Shown here piece by piece: positions 1-12,912 of a DNA stretch of 64,000 bases. Numbering within the stretch: position 1 is the stretch's first letter; each line of letters opens with the position of its first letter. The notes beneath the pieces were generated by a model. The model was not told where the DNA came from and ran no database searches. It worked only from the letters and a program-made list of their open reading frames with translations. A program made the position numbers and the translations under genes. The DNA is from Octopus sinensis (lineage: Eukaryota), in NCBI RefSeq assembly GCF_006345805.1, contig NC_043019.1, positions 23,621,360-23,685,359 on the forward strand. The letters are read 5' to 3'.

Positions 1-189
1 AGTATCTCGAGGATTAGAATTAACCAACGTGCCGTGGCTTTGTTTGCTAAAAAAAACGAGTTTAAGCGATTTGAGGGAGAATTGCTTGTTATTTCAGAGG
101 CTGAGTGACTGCGTAGAGGCTCCTTCGTTGTTTTTCGTAACTGTGCAGTTGATATTACTGGTAGCGAGGAGTTTCAAGTCAACACAAAC

Positions 190-436
190 TGGCGTGGTTG
201 TGTGGGAAGAAGCTTGCTTTCCAACCACATGGTTCCGGGTTCAGTTCCACTGCATTGCATCTTGGACAAGTGTCTTCTACTATAACCTTGGGCCGATTAA
301 AGCCTTGTGAATGAATTTGGTAGATAGAAACTGAAAGAAGCCCGTCGTTTATATGTATATATATGTGTGTGTCTTTACGTCTGTGTTTATCCCCAGCCAC
401 TCACAGCTTGACAACCGTTGTTGGTTTGTTTACGTC
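190..436 (+). mobile_element. SINE family A, 3'-truncated copy
   Basis: tRNA-like head (GGCGTGGTTGTGTGG...GGTTCCGGGTTCAGTTCCAC) and body TTGGACAAGTGTCTTCTACTATA...GAAACTGAAAGAAGCCCGTCG, shared with the copies at 13691, 29593, 34379 and 44814. Confidence 0.85.
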
Positions 437-845
437 GTACAAGGCTTATCAGATGATTAGATTGAACAGTAAAAGATATAGAAAGAAACAATAGCAACAA
501 TGACAAGAAAATAGAGTTAAAAATTACATTAACTAAACAGAAAAAATAACAAAAATACATAAAGATTTAAGATATACGATAATTTATTTTGTATAGTTGC
601 GGGCGTGGGTGTATTGGTTAAGACGTCTGCCTGGAAAGCATTCGGTTTCGGGGTTCCAGTCTCACAGCGCGTCACTGTGTTTTCTATTATCAATATTTTG
701 TGGGAATTTGGTGCACAGAAACTGTGCGGAAGCTCGTCGTGGGTGTGGATGTGGGTGCGTACACATACGTACAAACACACACACTCACAGTGCGTGCGTA
801 CACACACACGTATAAACACACACAGTGCGTGCGTACACACACGTA

Positions 846-886
<41 letters not shown>

Positions 887-904
887 GCACACATATAAGC
901 ACAG

Positions 905-1255
905 CTGCGAGGTTTCGGGTTCAGTCACACTGCACGGCACCTTAAGTAAGTGTCATCTACTATAGTACCGAGCCGACCAATGATTTGTGAGTGAATTTAG
1001 CAGGCGAAAACTGCGTAGAAGTCCGTCATGTGTGTATGTGTGTGTGTGTGTGGAGGGGGACATTTCCCTGTTTGTTCAATCCACACCGCTTGACGACCGT
1101 TGCTGGTTTGTTTACGTCCCCGTAATTTAGCTGTTCGGCAAAATAATCGGTAGACTATGTGCTAGATTAAAAAGAACTACTAAGGTTGATCTGTTCAACT
1201 AAACCCTACCAAGTGGTGGCCCAGCATGGAACAGTACAATGACGAAAACAGGCAA
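905..1255 (+). mobile_element. SINE family A, diverged copy
   Basis: GGTTCAGTCACACTGCACGGCACC...GTTTACGTCCCCGTAATTTAGCTGTTCGGCAAAA...CCAGCATGG matches the family A body and tail. Confidence 0.75.
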
Positions 1256-1283
1256 AATATTATATATATATGTGTGTGTGTGT

Positions 1284-1326
<43 letters not shown>

Positions 1327-1389
1327 CTGTAGTCCAATGACTGAAGCTAGTAAAATAATGTGACAGTGACTTACGAGAGCGACAGGCAC

Positions 1390-1481
1390 ATTTCGCCTTT
1401 CTTGAGGCTTGTCAGCATCTTTTCACCTGCTTAAACACTTAAGAAGGTAAAAACATTGACAAGCCTCAAGAAAGGCGAAAT
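1390..1481. repeat. Fold-back inverted repeat with 25-bp perfect arms
   Basis: ATTTCGCCTTTCTTGAGGCTTGTCA (1390-1414) is the reverse complement of 1457-1481; imperfect pairing continues inward. Confidence 0.9.
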
Positions 1482-1962
1482 CCGCGCGAACACACTATCT
1501 TAAAGATGGTGTATTTGGCAGTGACACCGGATTTTGTTTGCCGCTGTTGTAGCTTCTCCCTTTCTGAGTAGTTTGCAGTGTCTGTTGTTTCCTCTGTATT
1601 CTTAAACACCTTAGCATGAATGAGTCACTTTTCCGTTCTTTTATTAAAAATTTTTTTTTTTTTTCACTCAGGTTTAATTCATTGGTTACGACCGATTCGT
1701 TCCTCTTCCATTAGACCACATTATTTTTGCACTGATTGACAATGTTGTTTTCTCCGACTGCGTTACGTTTCTAATGCCGCGCCCAAATTGAAACTATAAT
1801 AACTTCCTGTTTACTCGGCTTAAAATTGAAATATAGAAAAGTGAAACCTTTACAATTGAAACGAAGTGTTAAACTGGTGTCGTTGTGTTTACAGTGTTAC
1901 GAAGTCAAATATGGGAAAGTGAAACTTAAGGCTGGCAGGAACTATTTGAAAGGATATATTGG

Positions 1963-2355
1963 TTTCAAATTATGGCACAAGGCCAGCAAATTCGGGGGAG
2001 GGGTATAAGTCGATTACATCGATCCCCAAGGCTCAACTGGCACTTATTTTATCGACGCCGAAAGGAGAAGAGCAAAGTTGACATAGGCAGAATTTGAACT
2101 CAGAACGTAAGGATGAAATACCTATTTCTTTACTACCCACAAGGAGCTAAACACAGAGTGGACAAACAAGGACAGACGAACGGACTAAGTCGATTATATC
2201 GACCCCAGTGCGTAACTGGTACTTATTTAATCGACCCCGAAAGGATGAAAGGCAAAGTCGACCTCGGCGGAATTTGAACTCAGAACGTAGCGGCAGACGA
2301 AATACGGCTAAGCATTTCGCCCGGCGTGCTAACGTTTCTGCCAGCTCGCCGACCT
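1963..2355 (-). mobile_element. SINE family B heterodimer (young 5' unit plus older 3' unit)
   Basis: Head GGCGAGCTGGCAGAAACGTTAGC, B box GAGTTCAAATTCC and central GTCGACTTTGCCTTTCATCCTTTCGGGGTCGAT; second body at 1963-2120 has a different tail; flanked by near-direct repeats at 1941-1962 and 2356-2377. Confidence 0.85.
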
Positions 2356-2436
2356 ACTATATGGAAGGATATATTGGCTTAGCGGCATTCGTAGATCTTT
2401 ACGTTCTGAGTTCAAATTCTATTGATCCGACCAGTA

Positions 2437-2870
2437 TTACGGATGTGAAAACTGGAAAGCGAGAAAAAAATAGAAGACTAAACACTGGGCAATTTCCATC
2501 GTCACATGTTTAAGGAGACTACTCGACGTCAAGTGGCTGCAAAGAGTCCGAAACGACACAGTTGAAACAGCAACGGGTATTAACGGGATCAGTGAGGACA
2601 TAAGACGCAGCTGCTGGAACTACTGGATCGGACACTGGAACTCAGACAAGATCACGAAAGCGATTGCATAGTGGCACTAAAGTGACAACCTGAGAGGAAA
2701 TAAGCAGCAGGGCACTCTGAAACCAGATGGCGAAGGACGATTGACAAGGAAAAGAGATGAGAAGCGTAGAGATGCTGGAATGAGAGCAGAACAGTGGCAG
2801 GAAAAAACGGAGCTGGTTGGAGAGATCGTGTTGCGGTCTTATGTGCCCCGTGGCACGGAGAGAACTGACT
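2437..2870 (+). mobile_element. RTE-clade LINE, 3' remnant (pseudogenic ORF end)
   Basis: Disrupted translation YGCENWK...CLRRLLDVKWLQRVRND...WIGH...RWRRTI...WRDRVAVLCAPWHGEN* resembles the RTE C-terminus. Confidence 0.75.
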
Positions 2871-3477
2871 AACTATTGTTGTTGCTATTATTGTCAGTGT
2901 TGCTTTTATTGTTGTCGATAAAATTATATATTCGTGCCGTGCCTTCACACCTCCCCTCCTCTGTCTCATATATAAACACACACCACACCGGTCCACTTAG
3001 CAAAGAGGCTGTATTATCCTCATGATAAAATATATTACTGTAAAACTACAAAAGGAATGAAGATTTTTTCGAAAGCTGCACCCTTTATTGCTTATTGTAG
3101 CTAAGTGGACTGAGCTAAAAATGAAATATGTTGGCCTATCTCATGTCAAACCGGATATAAAAAAAAACATTGTTTCTTGTTTAGACATTAAACTCAAGAG
3201 GACAGGCGATTCGTAGATATCATCGACTGAGATTTTATCGACTCTGGAGGGATGAGCGACAAAGTTGAATTTGGGCAGGATTTGAAGTCAGAACTTGAAG
3301 AGAAAGAACAAATACGATAAGACATTTGTCCGGCACTCTAACGACTCTGTCACTCCACCGGATTTAAACGAGGTAAGGAAATATACAAATAAAAATTTAC
3401 TGTTTCATTACGGACCCAGTTTACTGAATTTTAATCCGAACTGAGCCCCTGTAGGATATCTACTTAAGAACAGCAGC

Positions 3478-3883
3478 CTATTTCTTTACTACCCACAAAT
3501 GGCTAAACACAGAGGACAGATAAACGGATTAAGTCGATTATATCGACACCAGTGCGTAACTGGTACTTAATTTATCGACCCCGAAAGGATGAAAGGTAAA
3601 GTCGACCTCGGCGGCATTTGAACTCAGAGTGTAACAGCAGACGAAATGCCTATTTCTTTACTACCCACAAGGGGCTAAACACAGAGGGGACAAACAAGGA
3701 CAGACAAAGGGATTAAGTCGATTATATCGACCCCAGTGCGTAACTGGTACTTAATTTATCAACCCCGAAAGGATGAAAGGTAAAGTCGACCTCGGCGGCA
3801 TTTGAACTCAGAACGTAACGACAGACGAAATACTGGTAAGCATTTCGCCCGGCGCGCTAACGTGTGTGCCAGCTCGCCGCCTT
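3478..3883 (-). mobile_element. SINE family B dimer with TSD
   Basis: One head plus two bodies; TSD CTTAAGAACAGCA at 3463-3475 and 3881-3893. Confidence 0.92.
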
Positions 3884-4074
3884 AAGAACAGCAACCATCG
3901 TCATCCCTCCCTCATTCCCATACACACAATCTAGAAAAAGTGTGTAGCGCAAAGTCTGCAGCTATCTTAAGTATTGTACAGCTTGTAAAGAGCAGGCGAT
4001 GGCGACTAACATTACAAAATACTTATCTTGTACGCTCGGCCGCATTGTTCACTTTATGAAATCCTCCATAACGG

Positions 4075-4275
4075 TGGAGGAGTGACAGAATCGGTTGAGC
4101 ATCGGGCAAAGAGTCTTGCAGTATTTGCTTCTGTTCTTTACGTTTTGAGTTCAAATACTGCCGAGGTCACCTTTACCCTTCACCATTTTGAGGTTAATGA
4201 AATGAAGTACCAGTCGAGAATTGCGGTTAACATTTCTCTCCGCAAACTGCTGGCCTTGAGCCAAAATTAGAAACA
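4075..4275 (+). mobile_element. SINE family B, diverged copy
   Basis: GAGTTCAAATACTGCCGAGGTCACCTTTACCCTTCACC...AAGTACCAG. Confidence 0.7.
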
Positions 4276-5084
4276 GTTATGAAATCTCTCATATTTCTTT
4301 ATCCCCGCGAAATTGCTTGGTCTTCAAAGTACAGCTCTGAGCTGCCACACCTTCTACCTACGCAATCGTGACAGACAAAACATCGCACCATTCTTCTCTT
4401 GTATGTAACCATGAACAGTTATGTGTGGTTGCCAGAGATTGGTATTAATAAGTTCAATTATATGCACCGGTTGCACACAAACCTTATTGGTGCACGCACA
4501 CACACACACACACACAACACACACACACCACACACACACAAACACAAGCATAATTGTCTAAGTAAACGGAAAAGGAGGTTCCTATTGGGTGCGGCATTAA
4601 CTGAAACGAAGTTGGTAAATAAACTATTGCGCATGTCCGTGTACATACATATTTATATATACACACACACACACACACGCACACATACATTCATACATGC
4701 ATACATGTATACACACATACACTGGAAAGGGTGTTTTAATGGGTTATTAATAGAAAGAGGTTGGTTAATATGAACAGTGGGAGAGTAAATATGAAAGGGA
4801 CGATAAATAAATACAAGAGAAAAAGAAGAAAATGCTTGGTTTTTATAAATGCAGCAGATAAAGAAAATAGGACAAGGAATAATGGAAATGATAAGAAAGA
4901 GGAATGGAATGAAAAGAGATCTTGAATGAAAGATAAACTGTACCACGAAGTATGTATTGGAAGAAAAATAGAATAAATAAGAATAAATAAATTTAAAAAA
5001 AGGAGAAAAGACAAAAAGGATAGAATGTGAAGGAAAACAGAAGAGAATGATCTTGAGATAAAAAGACGTAGAGACATAAATCTG

Positions 5085-5115
<31 letters not shown>

Positions 5116-5539
5116 GAAAGAGAGAGAGATACTTGGCTATAGATGGACAGATAAAATTAGATATACATACATAGATAAATATGGATATATAGATAGATAG
5201 ATATAGATCGACAGATATAGATAGACAGAGTGATACAATTTAAAATAAGAAAATAGGGAAGATGAAGAGCTTCTTACGATGACAAAAGGAAAGTTTAACG
5301 ACCTGTATATATATATATATTTCAGGCACAAAAGTTCATTATCAGAAGCAAACATCCAAGAAATGTTAGTCTTCAGTATCGGCCATATTTGAATGTAAAG
5401 CCAAGTCACTTAAGATTGCCACAGATATATATAAATAGACAGAGATGTGTCACTCGTCTTTTATCATTTACAGGTTTCTGTCATTAAAGTGTGGCCATAC
5501 TGGGGCACCAACTTGAAGAATCTATAGTCGGATATATAG

Positions 5540-5770
5540 ACGGTGAGCTGGCAGAAACGATAGCGTGCCGGGCGAAATGCGTAGCCGTATTTCGTCTGCC
5601 GTTACGTTCCGAGTTCAAGTTCCGCCGAGGTCGACTTTGCCTTTCATCCTTTCGGGGTCGATAAATTAAGTACCAGTTTCGCACTGGGGTCGATGTAATC
5701 GGCTTAATCCGTTTGTCTGTCTTTGTTTGTCCCCTCTATGTTTAGCTCCTTGTGGGTAGTAAAGAAATAT
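5540..5770 (+). mobile_element. SINE family B, full length
   Basis: CGGTGAGCTGGCAGAAACG...GTCGACTTTGCCTTTCATCCTTTCGGGGTCG...GTGGGTAGTAAAGAAATA. Confidence 0.92.
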
Positions 5771-5799
5771 ATATAGACCGTATTACTTATTTTTTTTTT

Positions 5800-5861
5800 A
5801 AATACCTGCTACACACCAGAACCAGTTATAAAGAGGGAGTCACACGCACACACACACGCCG

Positions 5862-5917
<56 letters not shown>

Positions 5918-6081
5918 TGCACACATATGACGTGCTTCTTTCATTTTCTGTCAACGAAATCCACTCACAAAGCTTTGGCCGCTTTAGTAGAAGACACTTG
6001 CTCAAGGCACCACGCAGTAGAACTGAACCCGGAACCATGTGGTTTGGATGCAAACGTCTCCCCATACAACGACGCCTGCGA
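5800..6081 (-). mobile_element. SINE family A, diverged partial copy
   Basis: AATCCACTCACAAAGCTTTGG...AGAAGACACTTG...ACTGAACCCGGAACCATGTGG on + is the reverse complement of the family A head and body. Confidence 0.8.
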
Positions 6082-6088
6082 CTATATA

Positions 6089-6249
6089 CCGTATTTTAAC
6101 GTGTATTAGGAACCCATTTTTGCCAAAAATTAGGTTTAAAAAAATGGGAGTTTCTTATACATGGATAGTATTATAATCCTTTACGAAACCTTTTTTTCAA
6201 ATTTTAAGCGCCCCAAAATTATGGGGTTCCTTATACACGTAAAATACGG
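6089..6249. mobile_element. Tc1/mariner-superfamily (Tc2/pogo-like) MITE, about 160 bp
   Basis: Left TIR CCGTATTTTAACGTGTATTAGGAACCC versus reverse-complemented right end CCGTATTTTACGTGTATAAGGAACCC; TA on both sides. Confidence 0.85.
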
Positions 6250-6264
6250 TATATATATATATAT

Positions 6265-6302
<38 letters not shown>

Positions 6303-6364
6303 TTTAGACACAGGTTATATACCGAAACAGCTCCTATCCCAGTCTGTCATCCTATATATATCTA

Positions 6365-6443
<79 letters not shown>

Positions 6444-6609
6444 ATCTATCTATCTATAATCTATCTATCTATACTTTAATATATGCTTTATGTATACTTT
6501 ATATATATATACTTTATTAAAAAAGCAGCAAAGATATCACAAAAACTCTCCGACGAACGTGAACGTGAAACTCTGAGTAACAGCTTTTATGATCTCCACC
6601 TTGTTTCGC

Positions 6610-6702
<93 letters not shown>

Positions 6703-6709
6703 AATATAT

Positions 6710-6808
6710 ATTTGTTTTATTTTATATTCCTGAGCGCCATACTAATACAATTGTTTGTTTGTATTCCACCTGCCTTCGTCTTTTGTTTATTTTCATAAAG
6801 CTTCCCGT

Positions 6809-6810
<2 letters not shown>
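6710..6810 (+). mobile_element. Short (TA)n-embedded repeat, probable PLE terminal fragment
   Basis: TTCCTGAGCG..TACTAATACA..TGTTTGTTTGTA..CCACCTG.CTTCGTCTTTTGTTT, homologous to 42196-42290 (-) and 48575-48645 (+). Confidence 0.65.
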
Positions 6811-6843
<33 letters not shown>

Positions 6844-7017
6844 ATATATATATATTATATAATATATATATAAATATATTCCAAAATTTTGACAACACGA
6901 CAAACAGAAAATTTGTAACTTATTCCTCATCAGTCAACGTCCAAAGATCTTAACAATTTCACACCTTATATATACGCAGATATATGTAGATTTATATATA
7001 TATACGTATATACTTCA

Positions 7018-7054
<37 letters not shown>

Positions 7055-7065
7055 CATACAATATA

Positions 7066-7101
<36 letters not shown>

Positions 7102-7683
7102 TGTATGTATGTCACACACACACATCTATAAATGTATATACATATAATATTAAATGCAGAGAAAGCATAACTGACATGCTCTGACGAAGTCCACCTTGTC
7201 TGTCTCGACCATGTCCACGCAAGGACAAAGACATCCAGCAGAGGAAAAGAATATAATGACGCCATATTGTTTTGTTACAAAGGACAGAATGCAGTATACG
7301 AGAAGATGGTGTTTATTGTTGTCAAGCTAGAGAGGTGGGTCTGTGGTTTACGTATAGTCACAGGTAACCAACGAACAAGCATATACAAGGTCGGCTGACT
7401 GGACAGTGAGGTCGGGGTGCACTATATTTAAAAGAAAAGGGGTGGGTATGGATGGAAAGTCAGTGTGTTAAATCAGGGTTGATTTGGACGAAACTACAGC
7501 AAACTACTGCTGACTTCATTAAAGTCTCATTAGAATTACTAAATCTTGCAGCTACACCAACCATCGCGGTCACTATTAGCAAAATAATCAACGCTGCTAC
7601 CACCACCACTACCCCCCCCCACTACACTCCCACACATAACCACCACTATCTCCACCACAAACGTTATCTTCATAACCAATACC

Positions 7684-7915
7684 TATTTCTTTATTACCCA
7701 CAAGGGGCTAAACACAGAGGGGACAAGCAAGGACAGACATAGGTGTTAAGTCGATTACATCGACCCCAGTGCGTAACTGGTACTTAATTTATCGACCCCG
7801 AAAGGATGAAAGGCAAAGTCGACCTCAGTGGAATTTGAACTCACAACGTAACGGCAGACGAAATACCGCTAAGCATTTCGCCCGGCGTGCTAACGCTTCT
7901 GCCAGCTCGCCGCCT
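7684..7915 (-). mobile_element. SINE family B, full length with TSD
   Basis: Complete head, body and tail; TSD CTTCATAACCAATACC at 7668-7683 and 7914-7929. Confidence 0.93.
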
Positions 7916-8930
7916 TCATAACCAATACCATCACCACTGCAAGCCTCATCCCCTCTGTCACTACCACCACCTCATCCTCCCGCTATTACTCCCATCGACA
8001 CATACATCACCGCCACCACGACCACCACCATCTATTATAATTACCAACCACCATCACTACAACCAGTCACACCACCATTTCGACGGCCACCGCCACCGCC
8101 CTATCAACAGCACCTCCACCTCCACCTCCACCATCTCCGCTCCGCTCCACTGCCAACTCTCCCGCCATCAAATCCCGAGATGTCCGAACTGATCCCAAGC
8201 CACAATATTTTATTAATTATATCAATTTAGTTCGGGCTTTTTGGCTCAACACTGCACCGGATGTTCACTCGTAATTTCACACACTCTGAAAATAGAATCG
8301 CAAACACCACCACCACCACCACCACCCCACCACCGCCACCACCACCATACCACCGCCGCCGCCGCCACCACCACCACCACCACCACCACCACCGCTGTCA
8401 CCACCGCCGCCGGCAACAACCATGATAATAAATAAAATATAATCTAATAAATAAAATATTTATTTAAACACGTTTTTTTAAAAAAAAAGATCAAAACATG
8501 TTGTTATCGTTGTTGCTTTTGTTTGTAGTGTTATTGTTATGATTATTGTTGTGAGGGTGTTATTATTGTTACAGTATGGGGCTGGCTGGTGACGGTGGTG
8601 GTGGGGGGGTGTTGGTATTGTTGTTGACAGGCGCCACCAGTGTTACCAATAGTGTTGTTGTAACTGTTGTTGTCGTAAGTAGCTGCGGTGTGTGTGGCGG
8701 TGGTGTGTGTGGCGGTGGTGTGTGTATGGTGAGAGTGGTGGTGGGTGGTTGTCAGAATCGTTACAGTGTCGGATGGAATGCATTGCCGTGTTTCTCAGTT
8801 CAAATCCCACCGATCGCCTTTCATCCCTTTGAGGGCGATAAAGTAAAGTACCAATCAAGTACAGGGTTGATATAATCGGCAGACCCCCTTTCCATCAACG
8901 ACTGCTGCATTTCAGCCTAAATTAGAAGCA

Positions 8931-9583
<653 letters not shown>

Positions 9584-10560
9584 CGTGCAATGGGATCGGT
9601 GGATGTTCCGCTTTAGAAATTTATAGAGGATTAGTGGCGGGGAAGTGCGACGACATTCTCGAGGAGACTCCAGGCGACGACGAGAACGAACTGGTTAGTC
9701 TGTTTCCGGAGGACTTTCCGGTCGGGAACTATCATGGATAATTTCCAGATGTCCTTGGCAGTGCTACCGTTTCGAGATATGTTGTCAGACGGACTTGTCC
9801 GAGGTGCGCGCAGAGTGACGAAACCGTTCTGCCCGCCCTCGTTCAGTATCCGGGCATTGCTGACTTGTAGGGTTATGTTGAACAGCTACTGTCACGTGTG
9901 GAACGGATCCGTCTGTCGGTCGAGTCTGTAGTGATGATTGCACCGCCGCCCTCCTTCAATCGGGCAGGCAAGGCAGTTTTCCTTTGCCTGGTGGCTGTGG
10001 CAAAAGAGGTTGTTTGGTGGACAAGGCTGAAAGGCATGAGAACAGATACATTCTTCTCTGATAGAGATTTCATTGACTTTTTCAAGTTTCACTTGAAAAG
10101 GAAATTGAGAATGGAGAAGGAAGAGCTGTCCTTGAGTGAGTTTATTGAAAGGTGAGTGAAAGTTGCGAAAATGGCAAGAGTGGACGGGCTCTCTCTAAGT
10201 GTAGACCTGTGAATCGGAGAGAATGAATTAGAGAGGCGGTAGTAGTGGGAGTGGTAACGAGTGTGGTAGGTTTTCCTTGAAAGTGAGTTCTGGTACTGGA
10301 TGGAAAAAGACACTATTGTTTCCTTTTGTGCATCCATATTTAGTTTTAGAGCCACAGTCTCTATATTTCGAACAATGTTTAGGGTGCATGTGTAGACAGT
10401 TTGTCCCTTTAAGCCGAGTGGGTAAGTGTTCTTCCTGTATCTTTAGTTTTGGTGTCACAGGGTCCTAATTTACACGTTTTGTGTATCATATCAGCATTTT
10501 ATTTTTGAGGGATAGAAACCGTTTTTCTGTTTGAGTTGGCCAGTCACGTGTTGTGGCGGA
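9584..10560 (+). mobile_element. L1/Tx1-clade LINE, 3' remnant (ORF2 end plus 3' UTR)
   Basis: Disrupted ORF ...YRGLVAGKCDDILEET...MDNFQMSL...FLCLVAVAKEVVWWTRLKG...FFKFHLKRKLRME; overlaps the copy at 62070 in homology; 3' boundary approximate. Confidence 0.75.
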
Positions 10561-12912
10561 AAGTCTTTGATCAACGAATGTCATCGTCGTCGTCGTAGAA
10601 GTAGTGGTAGTGGTGGCAGTAGTAGCTTGTTGTTACTTGATATAAAAACTGCTGAAGCCACTCAATGATCTGTCGATATGAGATAAGATATGAAAGAGTC
10701 AATTAACGTAGTTCCCGGAGATAGTTGCAGTGACTTTTCTTACTATTATTGTTGGGTATAATTTGTATTTGTGTCTCTTGATCTCGTCAAGTGGGATCAC
10801 GTTAAATGTGGTTAAAGGACGACTTGCAGTCATTGACTGATACGACGTCTAGTTTCTCCATATGCTTATTTATTAGATCAATCGACTTTGAAGTTCCGTT
10901 CACTTTATTTGGAAACAATCTCGAAGTTGTATCATTACAGAACAGAAGACATTTTACAGTGATTTTATTGCCCATGTGTATCACGAGAATTAAATCAAAC
11001 GTTTAAAAAAAAAAACGGTGATTAGCATTGCTCTCTTTCCACTCGAATAACATTTCGTACAGGCGTGAAAAATGTTAATTATATTAGGAAGATACGCAAC
11101 GATCATGCTGAAAATATGAAAATAATTAACCAATTAATATTAATTAATTTTACATAAAGTAAAATTAATTATTTCAGTGAAACACGTATGTTTATAGTTT
11201 TATTATTGTTTTTGCGTTGTATGGTTGTTAAAATTAACGAACTAAACTTATGTGCTGTTTGTACACCCAGGACTATATTGTCCTATAGATCTAATTTAAT
11301 TTTCGATGGTAATGTGTGATTTGAGGGAGATGGGGGTGCTATCTCTTGAAGGTTAACTTGCCACATAAAAAACTCCCTCTTTGGTACTGTCATTGATGGA
11401 AGGTGATATAGGCGACATCACTGTCTCCCTTGTACTTATGTGTGCGTGAGTGTATATATATAAGCATGGGTGTGTGTATGTGTATGTGTGCTTCTGTGTG
11501 TGTATGTATGGATATATGTAAAGTCCTGGTTATGATTTTGAACCTCATCCAGTAGAGTGGTTCTGGTTCCTGAGTTCCACGGTTTTGAGGAGTGTGGAAC
11601 CATCTTTTGACCATTAATGTCCCCAGGACTACTCTGTCAGGGTCTCTGTCATGGGTTAACAAACTAGCATATGTGATAACGATCAACCTGAGCGCGGGCA
11701 CTCAAAAATACCGTTGGTTGGTGTGAGGGCGCGTAGTAAAACCAGCGGGAGTGAGGAGATTCTAGTTTTTGTCACAGCATCCTTTTGATGTAAAACCTGC
11801 AGCTGCACGTGATTGCTTGTCATCTCTTCTAATCACGGAAACCCAGGACGTGGTACTGTTGTGGAAGGATTCCAATCACCCCCTGGTGACTGAACGTGGA
11901 CCGAAACGTTTCTATTAAATAGACAACTGTCAGGTCGTCAGGCATTTGAGTTGATAACAGTAACGGTGGGCCTTTGATACAGAGCGTTGAGTCTCGTGTA
12001 ATAGTAATAGTATTGCGTCGTGTATATACGTTCTTCCATCCTGCTTCGTTATATTATACATCACAATACAAGGATACAAAAGGTACTCGTGTTGAACAAG
12101 CGCTCATCATCATTATAATTCAATGACATACAGATGTCACTTTATGGTGACCTCATTTTCCATCCTGAAAATCCTATGTGGTGACGTGTGCAGACCTAAC
12201 CAGCTGGAAGCGCGCAGTAAGTTACAACTTTCGTCTGTCACTTATGCTTCAAACCATACAGATCTACAAGGGGTCTGAGTAATCAGCGGTAAAGATGACA
12301 CCGTCACCATGTATGCATGTATATTGACAACATGACTGCTCAAGTTTGATATTTTAAAGGAATGATTATCGTCTTTCCTTTGAAACGATATAGTTTCTAA
12401 GTCTATCAGCGTTAACAGATTTTCTCGGTCTTATCTTTTGAACGAAGTGCTAGTTATTGGCATTTAGGGAATGATGTAATTAAATATATTACCATCCCCG
12501 AATTTAAAATTATTAAAACAGAACACTTGTTTCATACCGAAGCACAAAGTAGGAATATGTATTTAACAATAAAGACATTGAAAAACTTCATCAGCACAAA
12601 ACCACAGAACATACTTCAGATGACCAATGTGGGGTACACTTCAATGACATTTGTAAACTTCATGGATCAGACTCTCACACTGAACATAAGTGGTTGGCCG
12701 TCCATTTATAGCAAGGACTCATCACAGCGTTTTGCATGAGAGAATATAAAATAAAGTAACAGAAAAAAAAACAGCAGCAGATAACTGGACCATTTTATGC
12801 AGAACTCTACAAAAAAATTGAAGATCAGCAAATGGAGTCTTCAAAATATAAAATACCATAAGAGGAACCAAAATTTAACTTACAAATACAAACAATCTAT
12901 TAATAAAATAAA

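Noticed and set aside
2208-2513. Recurrent ORF MRNWYLFNRPRKDERQSRPRRNLNSER (also at 5484, 51395, 56857)
   Set aside because: Antisense reading of SINE-B; the recurrence reflects the repeat, not a gene family.
7177-7240. TGCT-CTGACGA-A-GTCC...GGAC-AAAG...AGCA, hammerhead-like
   Set aside because: GAAA and the cleavage triplet are missing; too degenerate to call.
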